DNA of 62,685 nt, from positions 1-62,685 of the forward strand of contig JAQBDA010000049.1 of assembly GCA_032124675.1 (NCBI GenBank), given 5' to 3'. Under the pieces are notes generated by a model. The model was not told the origin of the DNA. It ran no database searches and was given only the letters and a program-made list of their open reading frames with translations. Made by a program: the position numbers and the translations under genes. The stretch is from Chloroflexota bacterium (GTDB lineage Bacteria; Chloroflexota; Anaerolineae; Anaerolineales; UBA4823). Below, in pieces: positions 37,033 through 46,803 of the stretch (position 1 is its first letter; each line of letters opens with the position of its first letter).

Positions 37033-38336
37033 AACTTACGGGTACGACCCTCATCCTGACCGGGATCATCCTGGTCCTGGCAGTTGCCCTGACGGGCGTT
37101 TTGCTCTATATAAACAACCAGCCCGAAGCGCCAAGAGGCATTGAGCCGGTTGCAGAGATCGCCCAGAGGGAGCCTGACTCATCTAAATGGGGCGTGAACT
37201 TCCCCAACCAGTACTCGACCCTGCTCAAGACCGAGACCAACAACACCCGCACAATCCACGGCGGTTCAGAAAAATATTCCAAGCTGGAGGAAGACCCTCG
37301 CCTGCTGGACTTATTCGCAGGCTATGGATTCAGCAAAGAGTATAACGAGGACCGCGGCCACATGAATAGCATCACCGACGTGCGCGAGATCAAGCGCGTG
37401 GGTGAAAAGACGGCCGGCACCTGCTACTCTTGCAAGAGCTCCGACAACCCGCGATTGTGGGACGAGATGGGCATGGCTGAGTTCGACCGTACTTTGTTCA
37501 AAGATTTGGGACAGCACATCGACCAGCCCATCGGCTGCGCCAACTGCCATGAAGCCGGAACAATGCGTCTGGTGGTGACCAATCCTGCCCTGGAGGAAGC
37601 CCTGAAAGCACAGGGTAAGGACTGGAAAACCCTCACCCGCCAGGAGATGCGCACCGTAGTGTGTGCTAACTGCCATGTCGAATATTACTTTGCCGGGGAG
37701 GGGGCATACCTGACCTTCCCCTGGAGCGACGGCACTCGCATCGAAGAGATCTCGCAGTACTACGCCGAGCTGGGATTCAAAGATTGGGAGCACCCGCAGT
37801 CCGGCGCGCCAATGATCAAGATGCAGCATCCTGAGTACGAGCTGTTTACCGCAGACAGCACGCACTATAAGGCGGGCGTTGCCTGTGCAGACTGCCACAT
37901 GCCATACACCCGAGATGGGGCCGCCAAGTTCTCAACCCACGATGTTCAGAGCCCGCTGCTCAACGCCGAGACTGCCTGCGGTGCCTGCCACACCGACGTG
38001 GGCTACGTGACCACTCGTGTGGACACCATCCAACAGCAGGTGCGCGAGACGATGGATGCCAGCGAAGATGCGATTGTGGCTGCCATCCAGGCCATCCAGG
38101 CCGCGGCGGAAGCGCCTGACGTAGACGCGGCACTGCTGTCCGAAGCGCGCGACCTGCACCGCGAAGCCCAGCTGCGCTGGGACTTCATCGCCGCAGAGAA
38201 CAGCATGGGCTTCCACAATCCGGAAGAGTCCCTGCGCATACTGGCCGCGGCGACTGACCTGGCTCGCCAGGCGCAGCTCAAAGCTGTGCTGGCTGCCGGT
38301 ACCCCGGAGGTTATCCAGGCTTCCTACAGCCAGTAA
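37029..38336 (+). CDS. nrfA: Ammonia-forming cytochrome c nitrite reductase (pentaheme)
   Basis: CYSCK active-site motif, CANCH twice, CADCH, CGACH, VEYYF, KMQHPEYE, AENSMGFH. Confidence 0.95.
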   Translation: MKLTGTTLILTGIILVLAVALTGVLLYINNQPEAPRGIEPVAEIAQREPDSSKWGVNFPNQYSTLLKTETNNTRTIHGGSEKYSKLEEDPRLLDLFAGYGFSKEYNEDRGHMNSITDVREIKRVGEKTAGTCYSCKSSDNPRLWDEMGMAEFDRTLFKDLGQHIDQPIGCANCHEAGTMRLVVTNPALEEALKAQGKDWKTLTRQEMRTVVCANCHVEYYFAGEGAYLTFPWSDGTRIEEISQYYAELGFKDWEHPQSGAPMIKMQHPEYELFTADSTHYKAGVACADCHMPYTRDGAAKFSTHDVQSPLLNAETACGACHTDVGYVTTRVDTIQQQVRETMDASEDAIVAAIQAIQAAAEAPDVDAALLSEARDLHREAQLRWDFIAAENSMGFHNPEESLRILAAATDLARQAQLKAVLAAGTPEVIQASYSQ

Positions 38337-38500
38337 TATAACGCTACCTCGTCCACAATCTTGATCTGCCCGCGGCTCACTTTGATCGCCGCGCTGGTAG
38401 CAGCCCAACGCGGCTTCCTCTGACAGCCGTTCGATCAGCTTATCGTCCAGACCGGAAAAATAGCTGGCCTGGCGAATGGCGTCAAGTTTTTAGACAAACG
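38324..38500 (-). pseudogene. Crp/Fnr-family regulator remnant (N- and C-termini joined by an internal deletion)
   Basis: Minus strand reads KLDAIRQASYFSGLDDKLIERLSEEAALGCYQRG (start of a cNMP domain), then in a shifted frame AIKVSRGQIKIVDEVALYYWL* (Crp HTH wing). Junction GGCGA at 38386-38390. Confidence 0.65.
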
Positions 38501-38786
38501 TACTGTTACCAGCGGATTAAATACTGCCTACGAACAAACCTTCGCTTTTCAGTGCTCACCAATCTCTCGGCAAGATTTATGTTAAGCCGATCCGATTTGA
38601 TAGGCAGTGATGATAGACAAGTAATCCCATTCTGATACAATACAAAATGTATTAGAAGTTACGCAGTTCCGAGAAAATTGGGGTTGTTTGGGCGGGCGAT
38701 ACCCGCCCAAACAACCCCGTCATACCACCAACTGCGTAAGTCTTATGTATATAAATATCCTGATATCTGTCACGGGGAATCCTATC

Positions 38787-41513
38787 GTGAATGAAAGCAC
38801 ACCGGCCGGTATCATTACTTTTATGTTCACAGACATCGAAGGCAGTTCCCATCTTTGGGAGCAATCTCCCGAAACGATGAAATCCGCCCTCGCCAACCAT
38901 GATGCCATCCTCCGACAGGCGGTTGCCGACAGACGTGGGTACATGGTCAAAACAACGGGCGATGGCTGCCTGGCTGCCTTTGAAACGGTCGCAGACGCTC
39001 TCGCCGCTGCCCTGACCGCCCAACAAGCTCTGCAGGCAGAAACCTGGCAATGGATCCAACCGTATGCTCTCCGAGTGCGGATCGGTATTCACACTGGTGA
39101 TGCTGAACAGCGGGCCGGTGATTATTTTGGGCCAGTACTCAATCGCACCGCCCGGTTGATGTCCGTCGGGCACGGCGGGCAGATCCTGGTCTCTGCGGCT
39201 ACCGCAGCGCTTGGGCGCGACTTTTTACCTGCGCAGACCCAGTTGGTGGATCTGGGAGAACATCGTCTGAAGGATCTGGCTCGCAAGGAGCATATCTATC
39301 AACTGGTCCACCCTGCCTTGCAGTCTGTTTTCCCGCCGTTGAAATCCCTGGATGCGTACCCCAACAACCTGCCCATCCAATTGACCAGCTTTATCGGCCG
39401 TGATCAAGAAATCGCCGAACTCCAGGGTTTGCTCGACAACGCGCGCCTGGTCACACTGACGGGACCGGGCGGTACCGGAAAGACGCGCCTATCACAAGAG
39501 GTCGGTTCAGAGGAATTGGCTTCCTTTGCCAGCGGCGTGTGGCTGATCGAGCTCGCGCCGCTCAGTGACTCAGCGCAAATTATTCCCACGATGGCGCAGG
39601 TCTTTGGATTGCAGGAACTACCATCGAAACCACTCGCCGATCTTGTGGTGGATTATTTGCGGGATAAAAAGATTTTGCTCCTGCTCGATAATTGTGAGCA
39701 TCTCATCGAAGCCTGTGCACGCCTCACCGATGATCTCTTGCACCAATGCAAGGGACTTAAGATCCTTACCAGCAGTCGCGAGGCACTAGGTATTGCCGGT
39801 GAAGTGGCATATCGCATGCCATCGCTGGCAGATTCAGAATCAATTCAACTCTTTGTGGATCGTGCCCACGCTGCGACTCCCAATTTCAAGCTGACTGAGG
39901 CTAACGCCTCAGCCATCGCTCAAATCTGCCAACGTCTAGATGGCATTCCCCTGGCAATAGAACTGGCCGCGGCACGCGTCAAGGTGCTTTCTCCTGAACA
40001 AATTGCCTCGCGGCTCGATGATCGTTTTCGCCTGCTCGTCGGGGGGAGCCGCACCGCGCTGCCGCGCCAGCAAACCCTGCGCGCCTTAATCGACTGGAGC
40101 TACGATTTGCTCTCAGATGAAGAAAAACGCCTCCTGCAATTCGCCTCCGTATTCGTCGGCGGCTGGACGCTGGACGCGCTCGAAGCTGTTGCCGAAGACC
40201 CGGACACGCTCGCCTTGCTCGAGCAGCTCGTTAACAAATCGCTCGTGGTCACCGAAGAGCAAGTAAACGAAATGCGATATTCCATGCTGGAAACCATTCG
40301 CCAGTACGCCAGAGAAAAGATTTTCGAAATGAGACAGGCTTCCGCTGTACGTGACCGACACTTTGTCTATTTCAACGAGTTATCTGAAAAGATGTGGGAC
40401 GACTTCCGTTTAGAGAATCTCTTGCCTGTAGTTAAAAGAGCGACTGATGAAGTTGAAAACTTCCGCGCCGCGCTGGAATGGGGTCTGGAATACAATATAG
40501 AAGAGAACCTACGATTGGCAGCGAACTATTGCATCGTCACAAGTTTGCTGGGTATTCCTGCGGAAGGTGTGGCAAGCGCGAATTCAGCTGTTGAACGCGC
40601 CAGCACCCTGCCGCCTTTGAGCGGGGATGCCGATGTACGCCGGCAGAAGCTAATTGCCAGAGCGCTGTTTGCCCAAGGTCTGGTGGGCATGGCCTTAGGG
40701 AACATGCCGCATGTTATCCAAGTTTTGAGGGAGGCAATCGAAATCTCACGGGCAACGGGAGACAAGCAGATGTTAGGGTACAGCCTGGGGATGTACTATA
40801 CCGCGACCAGATTCATATCTGCGCCTGATCGAGATGAGGCTGCACAAGAAGCGTTATTCATCTTCAATCACGAAGTCAATGACAGCTTCGGATTGGGCAT
40901 GGCATATATGGGGATGGCAAGGCTTGCGGCAGAAAGAGGGGATGAAAACCAAAAAGAAATGTATATTAATAAACTCAAGGGAATTATTCGCGAGTCGCCA
41001 GGCACATTTCAGGAGGGCATGTTTCATCTCAGTTTGGGCATCACCGAGAGCGCGCAAGGCAACTATGCAGCCGCTATAAAATTCCTTGAAGATGGAAGGA
41101 AGATATTCAAAGGCATAGGCAGTGTGAACTTTGAACTGATCTTGAGGAGTGAGATCGGTCACATCGAACGGCGCACAGGCAATCTGGAACAGGCGAATTT
41201 GATTTATCGGGAAACCATCAAGGACTGGCAGGTATTGGGCAACCGCTCCGCCATCGCTCACCAACTGGAATGTTTTGGATTTATCGCCATCGCCGATGAG
41301 GACCCTCAACGCGCCATCAAACTCCTCAGCGCAGCGGATTCATTGCGTGAGAACACACAATCCCAAATGACGGACCAGGAGCGGATTGAATATGGCGAGC
41401 ATTTTGGACGCTTGCGGTCCATGCTCCCTGATGCGGAGTTCAACACCATCTGGACGGAGGGACGCTCGATGACAATAGAAGAGTCAATCAAGTTTGCAAT
41501 ATCAGATGACTGA
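38787..41513 (+). CDS. Class III adenylate/guanylate cyclase + STAND (NB-ARC-like) ATPase + TPR protein
   Basis: TFMFTDIEGSS, KTTGDG, RIGIHTG, GDYFGPVLNRTARL; NNLP.QLTSFIGR, GPGGTGKT, LDNCEHL, LDGIPLAIELAAAR; helical repeats. Start uncertain (GTG 38787). Confidence 0.9.
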   Translation: MNESTPAGIITFMFTDIEGSSHLWEQSPETMKSALANHDAILRQAVADRRGYMVKTTGDGCLAAFETVADALAAALTAQQALQAETWQWIQPYALRVRIGIHTGDAEQRAGDYFGPVLNRTARLMSVGHGGQILVSAATAALGRDFLPAQTQLVDLGEHRLKDLARKEHIYQLVHPALQSVFPPLKSLDAYPNNLPIQLTSFIGRDQEIAELQGLLDNARLVTLTGPGGTGKTRLSQEVGSEELASFASGVWLIELAPLSDSAQIIPTMAQVFGLQELPSKPLADLVVDYLRDKKILLLLDNCEHLIEACARLTDDLLHQCKGLKILTSSREALGIAGEVAYRMPSLADSESIQLFVDRAHAATPNFKLTEANASAIAQICQRLDGIPLAIELAAARVKVLSPEQIASRLDDRFRLLVGGSRTALPRQQTLRALIDWSYDLLSDEEKRLLQFASVFVGGWTLDALEAVAEDPDTLALLEQLVNKSLVVTEEQVNEMRYSMLETIRQYAREKIFEMRQASAVRDRHFVYFNELSEKMWDDFRLENLLPVVKRATDEVENFRAALEWGLEYNIEENLRLAANYCIVTSLLGIPAEGVASANSAVERASTLPPLSGDADVRRQKLIARALFAQGLVGMALGNMPHVIQVLREAIEISRATGDKQMLGYSLGMYYTATRFISAPDRDEAAQEALFIFNHEVNDSFGLGMAYMGMARLAAERGDENQKEMYINKLKGIIRESPGTFQEGMFHLSLGITESAQGNYAAAIKFLEDGRKIFKGIGSVNFELILRSEIGHIERRTGNLEQANLIYRETIKDWQVLGNRSAIAHQLECFGFIAIADEDPQRAIKLLSAADSLRENTQSQMTDQERIEYGEHFGRLRSMLPDAEFNTIWTEGRSMTIEESIKFAISDD

Positions 41514-41804
41514 TAATCAATAGGCGGGAAAATCCACAAGGTGGGTTTCCCAGGCTCAGTAAGAATCTCCTTAGCTGATGATGCTGCCAGCAGAGCTATA
41601 GCGCACTCGAGCATACTGACCTGGTACCACCCCACTATACGCTGGTAATCTTAACAAAATAAGGTTACAATACTGTAGCAATTCACAGAAAGATTGTTAA
41701 CAAGTGCTGACTCTGTCGCCGGTGAATTGCTACAGATTCACCCGCGCCCCGAAAGCGGCTGGCATTCTGTGATAGCCCGAGCCCCTGGAAAGTGGATTTA
41801 AACA

Positions 41805-43943
41805 ATGGTCGAAAAGACTGGTACCGCCGAGCAACAAGACACCCAATTGGATCTCTCCGATCCAAAGCTGTTCGTTAACCGGGAGATCAGCCTGCTGGAG
41901 TTCCAGCGGCGGGTATTAGAGGAAGCCAAAGACGAGAACAACCCGCTGCTAGAGAGGGCCAAGTTTTTGTCGATTGTCGGCTCAAACCTGGACGAGTTCT
42001 TCATGGTGCGCGTCGCAGGACTGAAGAAGCAGGTCGATGCGCGGGTCATCGATGTGCCCCCGGATGGACTCACGCCTGCCGAGCAGCTGGCTGCAATCCG
42101 CAAAATGGCCCTCCAGATCATGAGCCAGGCGCGGGTCTGCCTGCAGGAAGCGCTGCTCCCGGCACTGCACAAAGCTGGCATACATATCTTGAAATACGCC
42201 GAGCTTGACGAACGGCAGAAGACCACCGTGGACAGCTATTTTGAGGAAGTGGTCTTCCCGGTGTTGACACCGCTGGCATTCGACCCCGGGCATCCATTTC
42301 CCCATATCTCCAATTTGAGCCTGAACTTGGCAGTGCTGATCCGCGACGAATATGGGAACGAGCGCTTCGCCCGCATCAAGGTCCCCGGCACTCTGCCGCG
42401 CTTTGTCCCCATCAAGCGCTCATCTGGCAGCGTTCGCCGGGATGGGACTGTGCCATACCACCACTATTTCGTCTGGCTGGAAGAGCTGATCTCTGCCAAC
42501 CTGCCGAAACTCTTCCCGGGCATGGAGGTGCTGGAAGACCACCCCTTCCGGGTAACACGCGATGCTGACACAGAAATTCAAGAGTTGGAAGCTTCCGACC
42601 TGCTGGAGACCATGGAAGAGAGCGTCCGGCAGCGGCGCTTCGGCTCCGTTGTACGTGTGACCACCAACAGCGACATGCCCGAGCACATCCGCAAGATCCT
42701 GGTCGATAACCTGGAGATGGATCCCAACGATATGTACACCCTGGATGGATATCTGGGGCTGAGCAATTTGATGAGCCTGCACAGCATCGACCGCTACGAG
42801 CTGAAAGATCCGCTGGTGGTCCCACCCACCCCGCAGGTCTTGAGGATCGAATCCACCGATGGCAATATCTTCAACGCCCTCCGGCGGGAAGATATCCTGC
42901 TCCATCACCCCTACGAATCCTTCACCCCGGTGGTCGATTTCCTGAGGAATGCCGCCCGTGACCCGGACGTCCTGGCGATCAAACAGACCCTCTACCGGGT
43001 GGGTCGCAATCCACCGGTCGTGCACGCCTTGCTGGAGGCAGTCGAGAACCGCAAGCAGGTCGCCGTGCTGATGGAGCTGAAAGCGCGCTTCGATGAGGAG
43101 AGCAATATCGGCTGGGCCAAAGAAATGGAAAAAGCCGGCGTGCACGTCATCTACGGTCTGCTGGGGCTGAAGACGCACTCTAAGGTCGCCCTGGTGATCC
43201 GCAAAGAAGGCGACGGCATCCGCCGGTACATCCATCTGGGCACGGGGAACTACAACGCGGTGACCGCCCAGCTGTATGAAGACCTGGGTATGTTCACCTG
43301 CGACCCCGATATCGGCGCAGACGCAACCGACTTGTTCAACTACCTGACAGGCTATTCCAGCAAAAAAGACTACCGCAAGCTGCTGGTCGCACCGATCAAC
43401 CTGCGCCAGCGTATGGTGGCGCTGATCCGCCGCGAAGTAGAGCACCAGAATGCCGGGCGAGACGGGCATTTGATCTTCAAGATGAACTCGCTGGTAGACT
43501 CGCCGATCATCAGAGAGCTGTACAAAGCCTCCCAGGCGGGAGTCCGGGTGGAATTGCTCGTGCGCGGCATCTGCTGCCTGCGACCCGGCATCAAGGGCAT
43601 CAGCGACAACATCCAGATCACCAGCATCGTCGGTCGCTACCTGGAACACAGCCGCATTTATTATTTCCGCAATGCCGGAAAAGAAGAGGTGTATCTCGGC
43701 AGCGCGGACCTGATGCCGCGCAATATCAACCGGCGGGTGGAGGTCTTGTTCCCGGTCGAGAACAAAGCGATGATCGATTACCTGCACAATGAAGTGCTCA
43801 AGATCGGTCTGGCGGATAACGTCAAGGGACGTCGCATGCAGCCGGATGGCAGCTACGAGCGCCTCAAACCCGGCTCGAAAGATACCCCCCTGAACAGCCA
43901 GGAGTGGCTGCTGAACTGGCACCAACAGGCCCACAAGGAATGA
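41805..43943 (+). CDS. ppk1: Polyphosphate kinase 1
   Basis: NREISLLEF, SNLDEFFMVRVAGL, HPFPHISN, LLHHPYESF, IKQTLYR, ELKARFDEESNI, KTHSK, GTGNYN, GRYLEHSR, SADLMPRN. Confidence 0.97.
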   Translation: MVEKTGTAEQQDTQLDLSDPKLFVNREISLLEFQRRVLEEAKDENNPLLERAKFLSIVGSNLDEFFMVRVAGLKKQVDARVIDVPPDGLTPAEQLAAIRKMALQIMSQARVCLQEALLPALHKAGIHILKYAELDERQKTTVDSYFEEVVFPVLTPLAFDPGHPFPHISNLSLNLAVLIRDEYGNERFARIKVPGTLPRFVPIKRSSGSVRRDGTVPYHHYFVWLEELISANLPKLFPGMEVLEDHPFRVTRDADTEIQELEASDLLETMEESVRQRRFGSVVRVTTNSDMPEHIRKILVDNLEMDPNDMYTLDGYLGLSNLMSLHSIDRYELKDPLVVPPTPQVLRIESTDGNIFNALRREDILLHHPYESFTPVVDFLRNAARDPDVLAIKQTLYRVGRNPPVVHALLEAVENRKQVAVLMELKARFDEESNIGWAKEMEKAGVHVIYGLLGLKTHSKVALVIRKEGDGIRRYIHLGTGNYNAVTAQLYEDLGMFTCDPDIGADATDLFNYLTGYSSKKDYRKLLVAPINLRQRMVALIRREVEHQNAGRDGHLIFKMNSLVDSPIIRELYKASQAGVRVELLVRGICCLRPGIKGISDNIQITSIVGRYLEHSRIYYFRNAGKEEVYLGSADLMPRNINRRVEVLFPVENKAMIDYLHNEVLKIGLADNVKGRRMQPDGSYERLKPGSKDTPLNSQEWLLNWHQQAHKE

Positions 43944-43947
43944 TCCT

Positions 43948-45276
43948 ATGACCGACCAGCTTCTCAGCCAGGAACAACGCCGCCAGCTCGAGCTGCTCGC
44001 CGCCAGCGACCTGCCCGAATCGCAGGTCCGCCGCGCCCAACTGCTGCTGCTGCTGGAGGATGGGGTAGCGACCAAAGATGCCGCCCTCACGGTGGGCATC
44101 TCACCCGGCCGCGCCCGCCATTGGCGCGGGTCGTTCCGCTCCATGGGGATGGCGATCTTCCCTGAGGAAAGCATACAACGCGCCCTCCTATCGTCTGATG
44201 GTGCCATCCCGCTCGACCAGACATCTCTGGAAGCTGATCTCAGCGCAGCCAAAAAGCCCCCCCGGCCAGCGCGGATACCCAAAGCGGCACGGCTGGAAGC
44301 TTTCCTGGCAATGGCTCCCGAGCTGAAAAACCCGGGCGTCGAGCCGGATGACCCGCTGGCAGAAGCGGGACGCAAGGTGATGTACTACCACTTTGCCCAG
44401 ATGCTGCTGCACGAGGACGGCACCCGCCTGGGCGAGGATATCGAAGAGCTGCACGATATGCGGGTTGCCACGCGCCGGATGCGGGCTGCCTTCGAGGTAT
44501 TCGGGGATGCTTTCACCCCCAAGGCGATCAAGACCCATCTGAAAGGTCTCAAGGCGACCGGGCGCGGCCTGGGCCGCGTGCGCGACCTGGATGTGTTCAT
44601 GGAGAAAGCCGGGCACTACCTCGATACCCTGCCGCCGGAGCAGCAGCCTGGTCTGGAGCCGCTGTTGGATTCCTGGATGCAGGAGCGCGAGACCGCCCGC
44701 ACCCGCATGGTGGCGTATCTGGACGGCGAAGATTACGCCGCGTTCAAGGATTCATTTCTTAAATTCGTGACGACAGCCGGCGAGGGGGTGCAGGAGAGTC
44801 CCGCTGGCGGGTTCACCCCGCAGCGGGCCGGCGATATTGCCCCGATCTTGATCTATGGGCGTCTGGCGGCTGTGCGTGCCTTCAATACCATCCTCGAAAC
44901 TGCCGCATTGGAGCAGTTCCACGCCCTGCGCATCGAGTTCAAGAAGCTGCGCTATACGGTTGAATATTTCCGGGAAGTGCTGGGCGCCGAATCCAAAGCG
45001 GTGATCAACGACCTGAAAGTCATCCAGGACCACCTCGGCGACCTGAACGATGCCGATGTCGCCACCCAGATCCTGCGCGATTTCCTGGCCGAGTGGGACG
45101 GCCTGCAGGACCGCCTGCCGGTCGCCGGGCGGCAGAGCCCCGAGCCTGTCCTGGCGTACCTGACCTACCGCTACAACGAGCGCCTGCGGCTGATGCAGAC
45201 CTTCCACATTGCCTGGGCGCACTTCAACCGCCAGGAGTTCCTGCAGAACCTGGCTCTGGCAGTCTCGGCGTTGTAG
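43948..45276 (+). CDS. CHAD-domain (polyphosphate-binding) protein with an N-terminal helix-turn-helix
   Basis: EELHDMRVATRRMR, LGRVRDLDV, FHALRIEFKKLRYTVE, QDHLGDLND. N-terminus RRAQLLLLLEDGVATKDAALTVGISPGRARHWRGSF. Confidence 0.88.
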   Translation: MTDQLLSQEQRRQLELLAASDLPESQVRRAQLLLLLEDGVATKDAALTVGISPGRARHWRGSFRSMGMAIFPEESIQRALLSSDGAIPLDQTSLEADLSAAKKPPRPARIPKAARLEAFLAMAPELKNPGVEPDDPLAEAGRKVMYYHFAQMLLHEDGTRLGEDIEELHDMRVATRRMRAAFEVFGDAFTPKAIKTHLKGLKATGRGLGRVRDLDVFMEKAGHYLDTLPPEQQPGLEPLLDSWMQERETARTRMVAYLDGEDYAAFKDSFLKFVTTAGEGVQESPAGGFTPQRAGDIAPILIYGRLAAVRAFNTILETAALEQFHALRIEFKKLRYTVEYFREVLGAESKAVINDLKVIQDHLGDLNDADVATQILRDFLAEWDGLQDRLPVAGRQSPEPVLAYLTYRYNERLRLMQTFHIAWAHFNRQEFLQNLALAVSAL

Positions 45277-45313
45277 TCCACCCGGCGCTCTCCGAGCGAC
45301 GCTCAACCCCCAC

Positions 45314-45355
45314 GAGCTGACTGCTGACCGCTGTCTGCCGACCGTGGACGGCTGT
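45314..45355. repeat. Degenerate heptamer tandem repeat (6 units)
   Basis: GAGCTGA-CTGCTGA-CCGCTGT-CTGCCGA-CCGTGGA-CGGCTGT between convergent genes. Confidence 0.6.
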
Positions 45356-45383
45356 CGGACAACCAAGCCCTGGTCGTCAGCCT

Positions 45384-46133
45384 CTATTCTGGAGCGTCCA
45401 GGTCTTCCAACACCGACTCCAGGTCCCAGCCCTGCAGGACCATCTGGGCGAACACCTCGGGCAAGCCTTGCTTGCGGATTTCCTCCGCCGCCCGGGCGAT
45501 GTCGTATTCGATCCGGTAGTGGCGCACAGCCAACTCGCCGGGTGCGAGCTCCAACAGCGCGTAGCAGGCGCGCGGGTCCCCGTCGCCGGGGCGGCCTACG
45601 CTGCCGGTGTTGATGAACCATGCATCACCGACTTGCCGGGCGAAGGGCTGGTGCGAATGCCCGCAGATGATGATCTCCGCCTGGGCGATGCGCGCCAGCT
45701 CTTCGAGCCGCTCGGGCGGGGTGTCCGGCGTGAGCGGCTCTTCATTGGAGAACGGGCTGGCGTGGGTCAGCAGGATTCGCCATCCGGCGACCTGCATGCG
45801 CAGCTCTCCGGGCAGCTCAGACAGGTAGCGCCGGTTGGTCTTGTTCAGCTTCTTATGCGCCCATTTGAAAGCAGTGTACTTCTCGGCTTGCTTACTCTTG
45901 CGCCATTTGGTCTTTTTATTCTGGAAATTGAGCACCTTGAGATCGTAATTGCCGATGATGCTCTTTGCCCCCGTGTTGCGCAGCAGCTTGACCACCTGGT
46001 TCGGGAACGCGCCATAGCCGACGAAATCGCCCACGTTCCAAACCTCGTCCACATCTTGCTGCCCGGCATGCGACAGGACCGCCTCCAGGGCGGGCAGGTT
46101 GGCATGCACGTCCCCCAGCAGTGCAGCTTTCAT
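45384..46133 (-). CDS. Metallophosphoesterase (YfcE/calcineurin-like)
   Basis: GDVHANL, GDFVGYG, GNYD, THASP, GHSHQP, NTGSVGRP.DGDPRA. Confidence 0.88.
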   Translation of the reverse strand: MKAALLGDVHANLPALEAVLSHAGQQDVDEVWNVGDFVGYGAFPNQVVKLLRNTGAKSIIGNYDLKVLNFQNKKTKWRKSKQAEKYTAFKWAHKKLNKTNRRYLSELPGELRMQVAGWRILLTHASPFSNEEPLTPDTPPERLEELARIAQAEIIICGHSHQPFARQVGDAWFINTGSVGRPGDGDPRACYALLELAPGELAVRHYRIEYDIARAAEEIRKQGLPEVFAQMVLQGWDLESVLEDLDAPE

Positions 46134-46154
46134 AGCGGATGACCACCTGCCAAC

Positions 46155-46676
46155 TCAGGAAGTCCCCTGCGGTGTGCGGTCGTAGAGCGCCCGGTCAGCT
46201 CCCCTGTCGATCTCCCACGGGTAGACGATATGAGCATCCGTGATGGCGGCGTAGTAGTCGGGGCGGACGTTGCCGAACAGGTTGCGGTTGGGGTTGAAAT
46301 GGAAGACGCAGGTCGAAGGGAAACCACCCGCAGTGGAGACGCGGTTCCTGACCGAGGTGATCGTCCTGCCCGAGCCCCATACATCGTCAACAACCAGAGA
46401 CCGGCGTCCGGTGAGCAGGCTGTCGTCAGGGAATTGGATATATTTCGGCCAGGCCATCAGGCGGTTACGCTCCATCTCGAACTGGGCTGGGAAATCCACC
46501 GCCGCGGTCAGGATATGAGTGATCCCCATCGCTTCTGCCAGCAGACCGCCCGGGATGATGCCGCCCCGGGTGATGATCACCATGGCCTCATACTCGATAT
46601 CAAATTGGGGCAAGAGATAGTCGATCAAGCGATCCACATCCGCCCAGGTAAGCATCTCATGCCGCTTGGGTTGCAT
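46155..46676 (-). CDS. Type I phosphoribosyltransferase
   Basis: ITRGGIIPG, PRPP loop LVVDDVWGSGRT, IVYPWE. Confidence 0.85.
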   Translation of the reverse strand: MQPKRHEMLTWADVDRLIDYLLPQFDIEYEAMVIITRGGIIPGGLLAEAMGITHILTAAVDFPAQFEMERNRLMAWPKYIQFPDDSLLTGRRSLVVDDVWGSGRTITSVRNRVSTAGGFPSTCVFHFNPNRNLFGNVRPDYYAAITDAHIVYPWEIDRGADRALYDRTPQGTS

Positions 46677-46803
46677 ACGGGTCTCCTCTGCTGACCGGGG
46701 CTTACCGGTCGTTACGTGTTCTTCGATACACCGGCAGCCTCAGCGCTTTGTGCCCGCCGCATGGATGCCGGGTATACGAACATAATTGGCACAATAACGT
46801 CTA

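Noticed and set aside
38570-38590. TTATGTTAAG, resembling a XerD arm
   Set aside because: No matching XerC arm at 6-bp spacing.
43948-44160. IS630 transposase insertion
   Set aside because: Only an HTH-like segment is present, fused in frame to CHAD, with no DDE domain or terminal repeats; reported as a fusion instead.
42420-44375. 651-aa minus-strand ORF, and similar long antisense ORFs (664..1695, 3834..5078, 52287..53354)
   Set aside because: Shadow frames opposite well-supported genes in GC-rich DNA, with no motifs.
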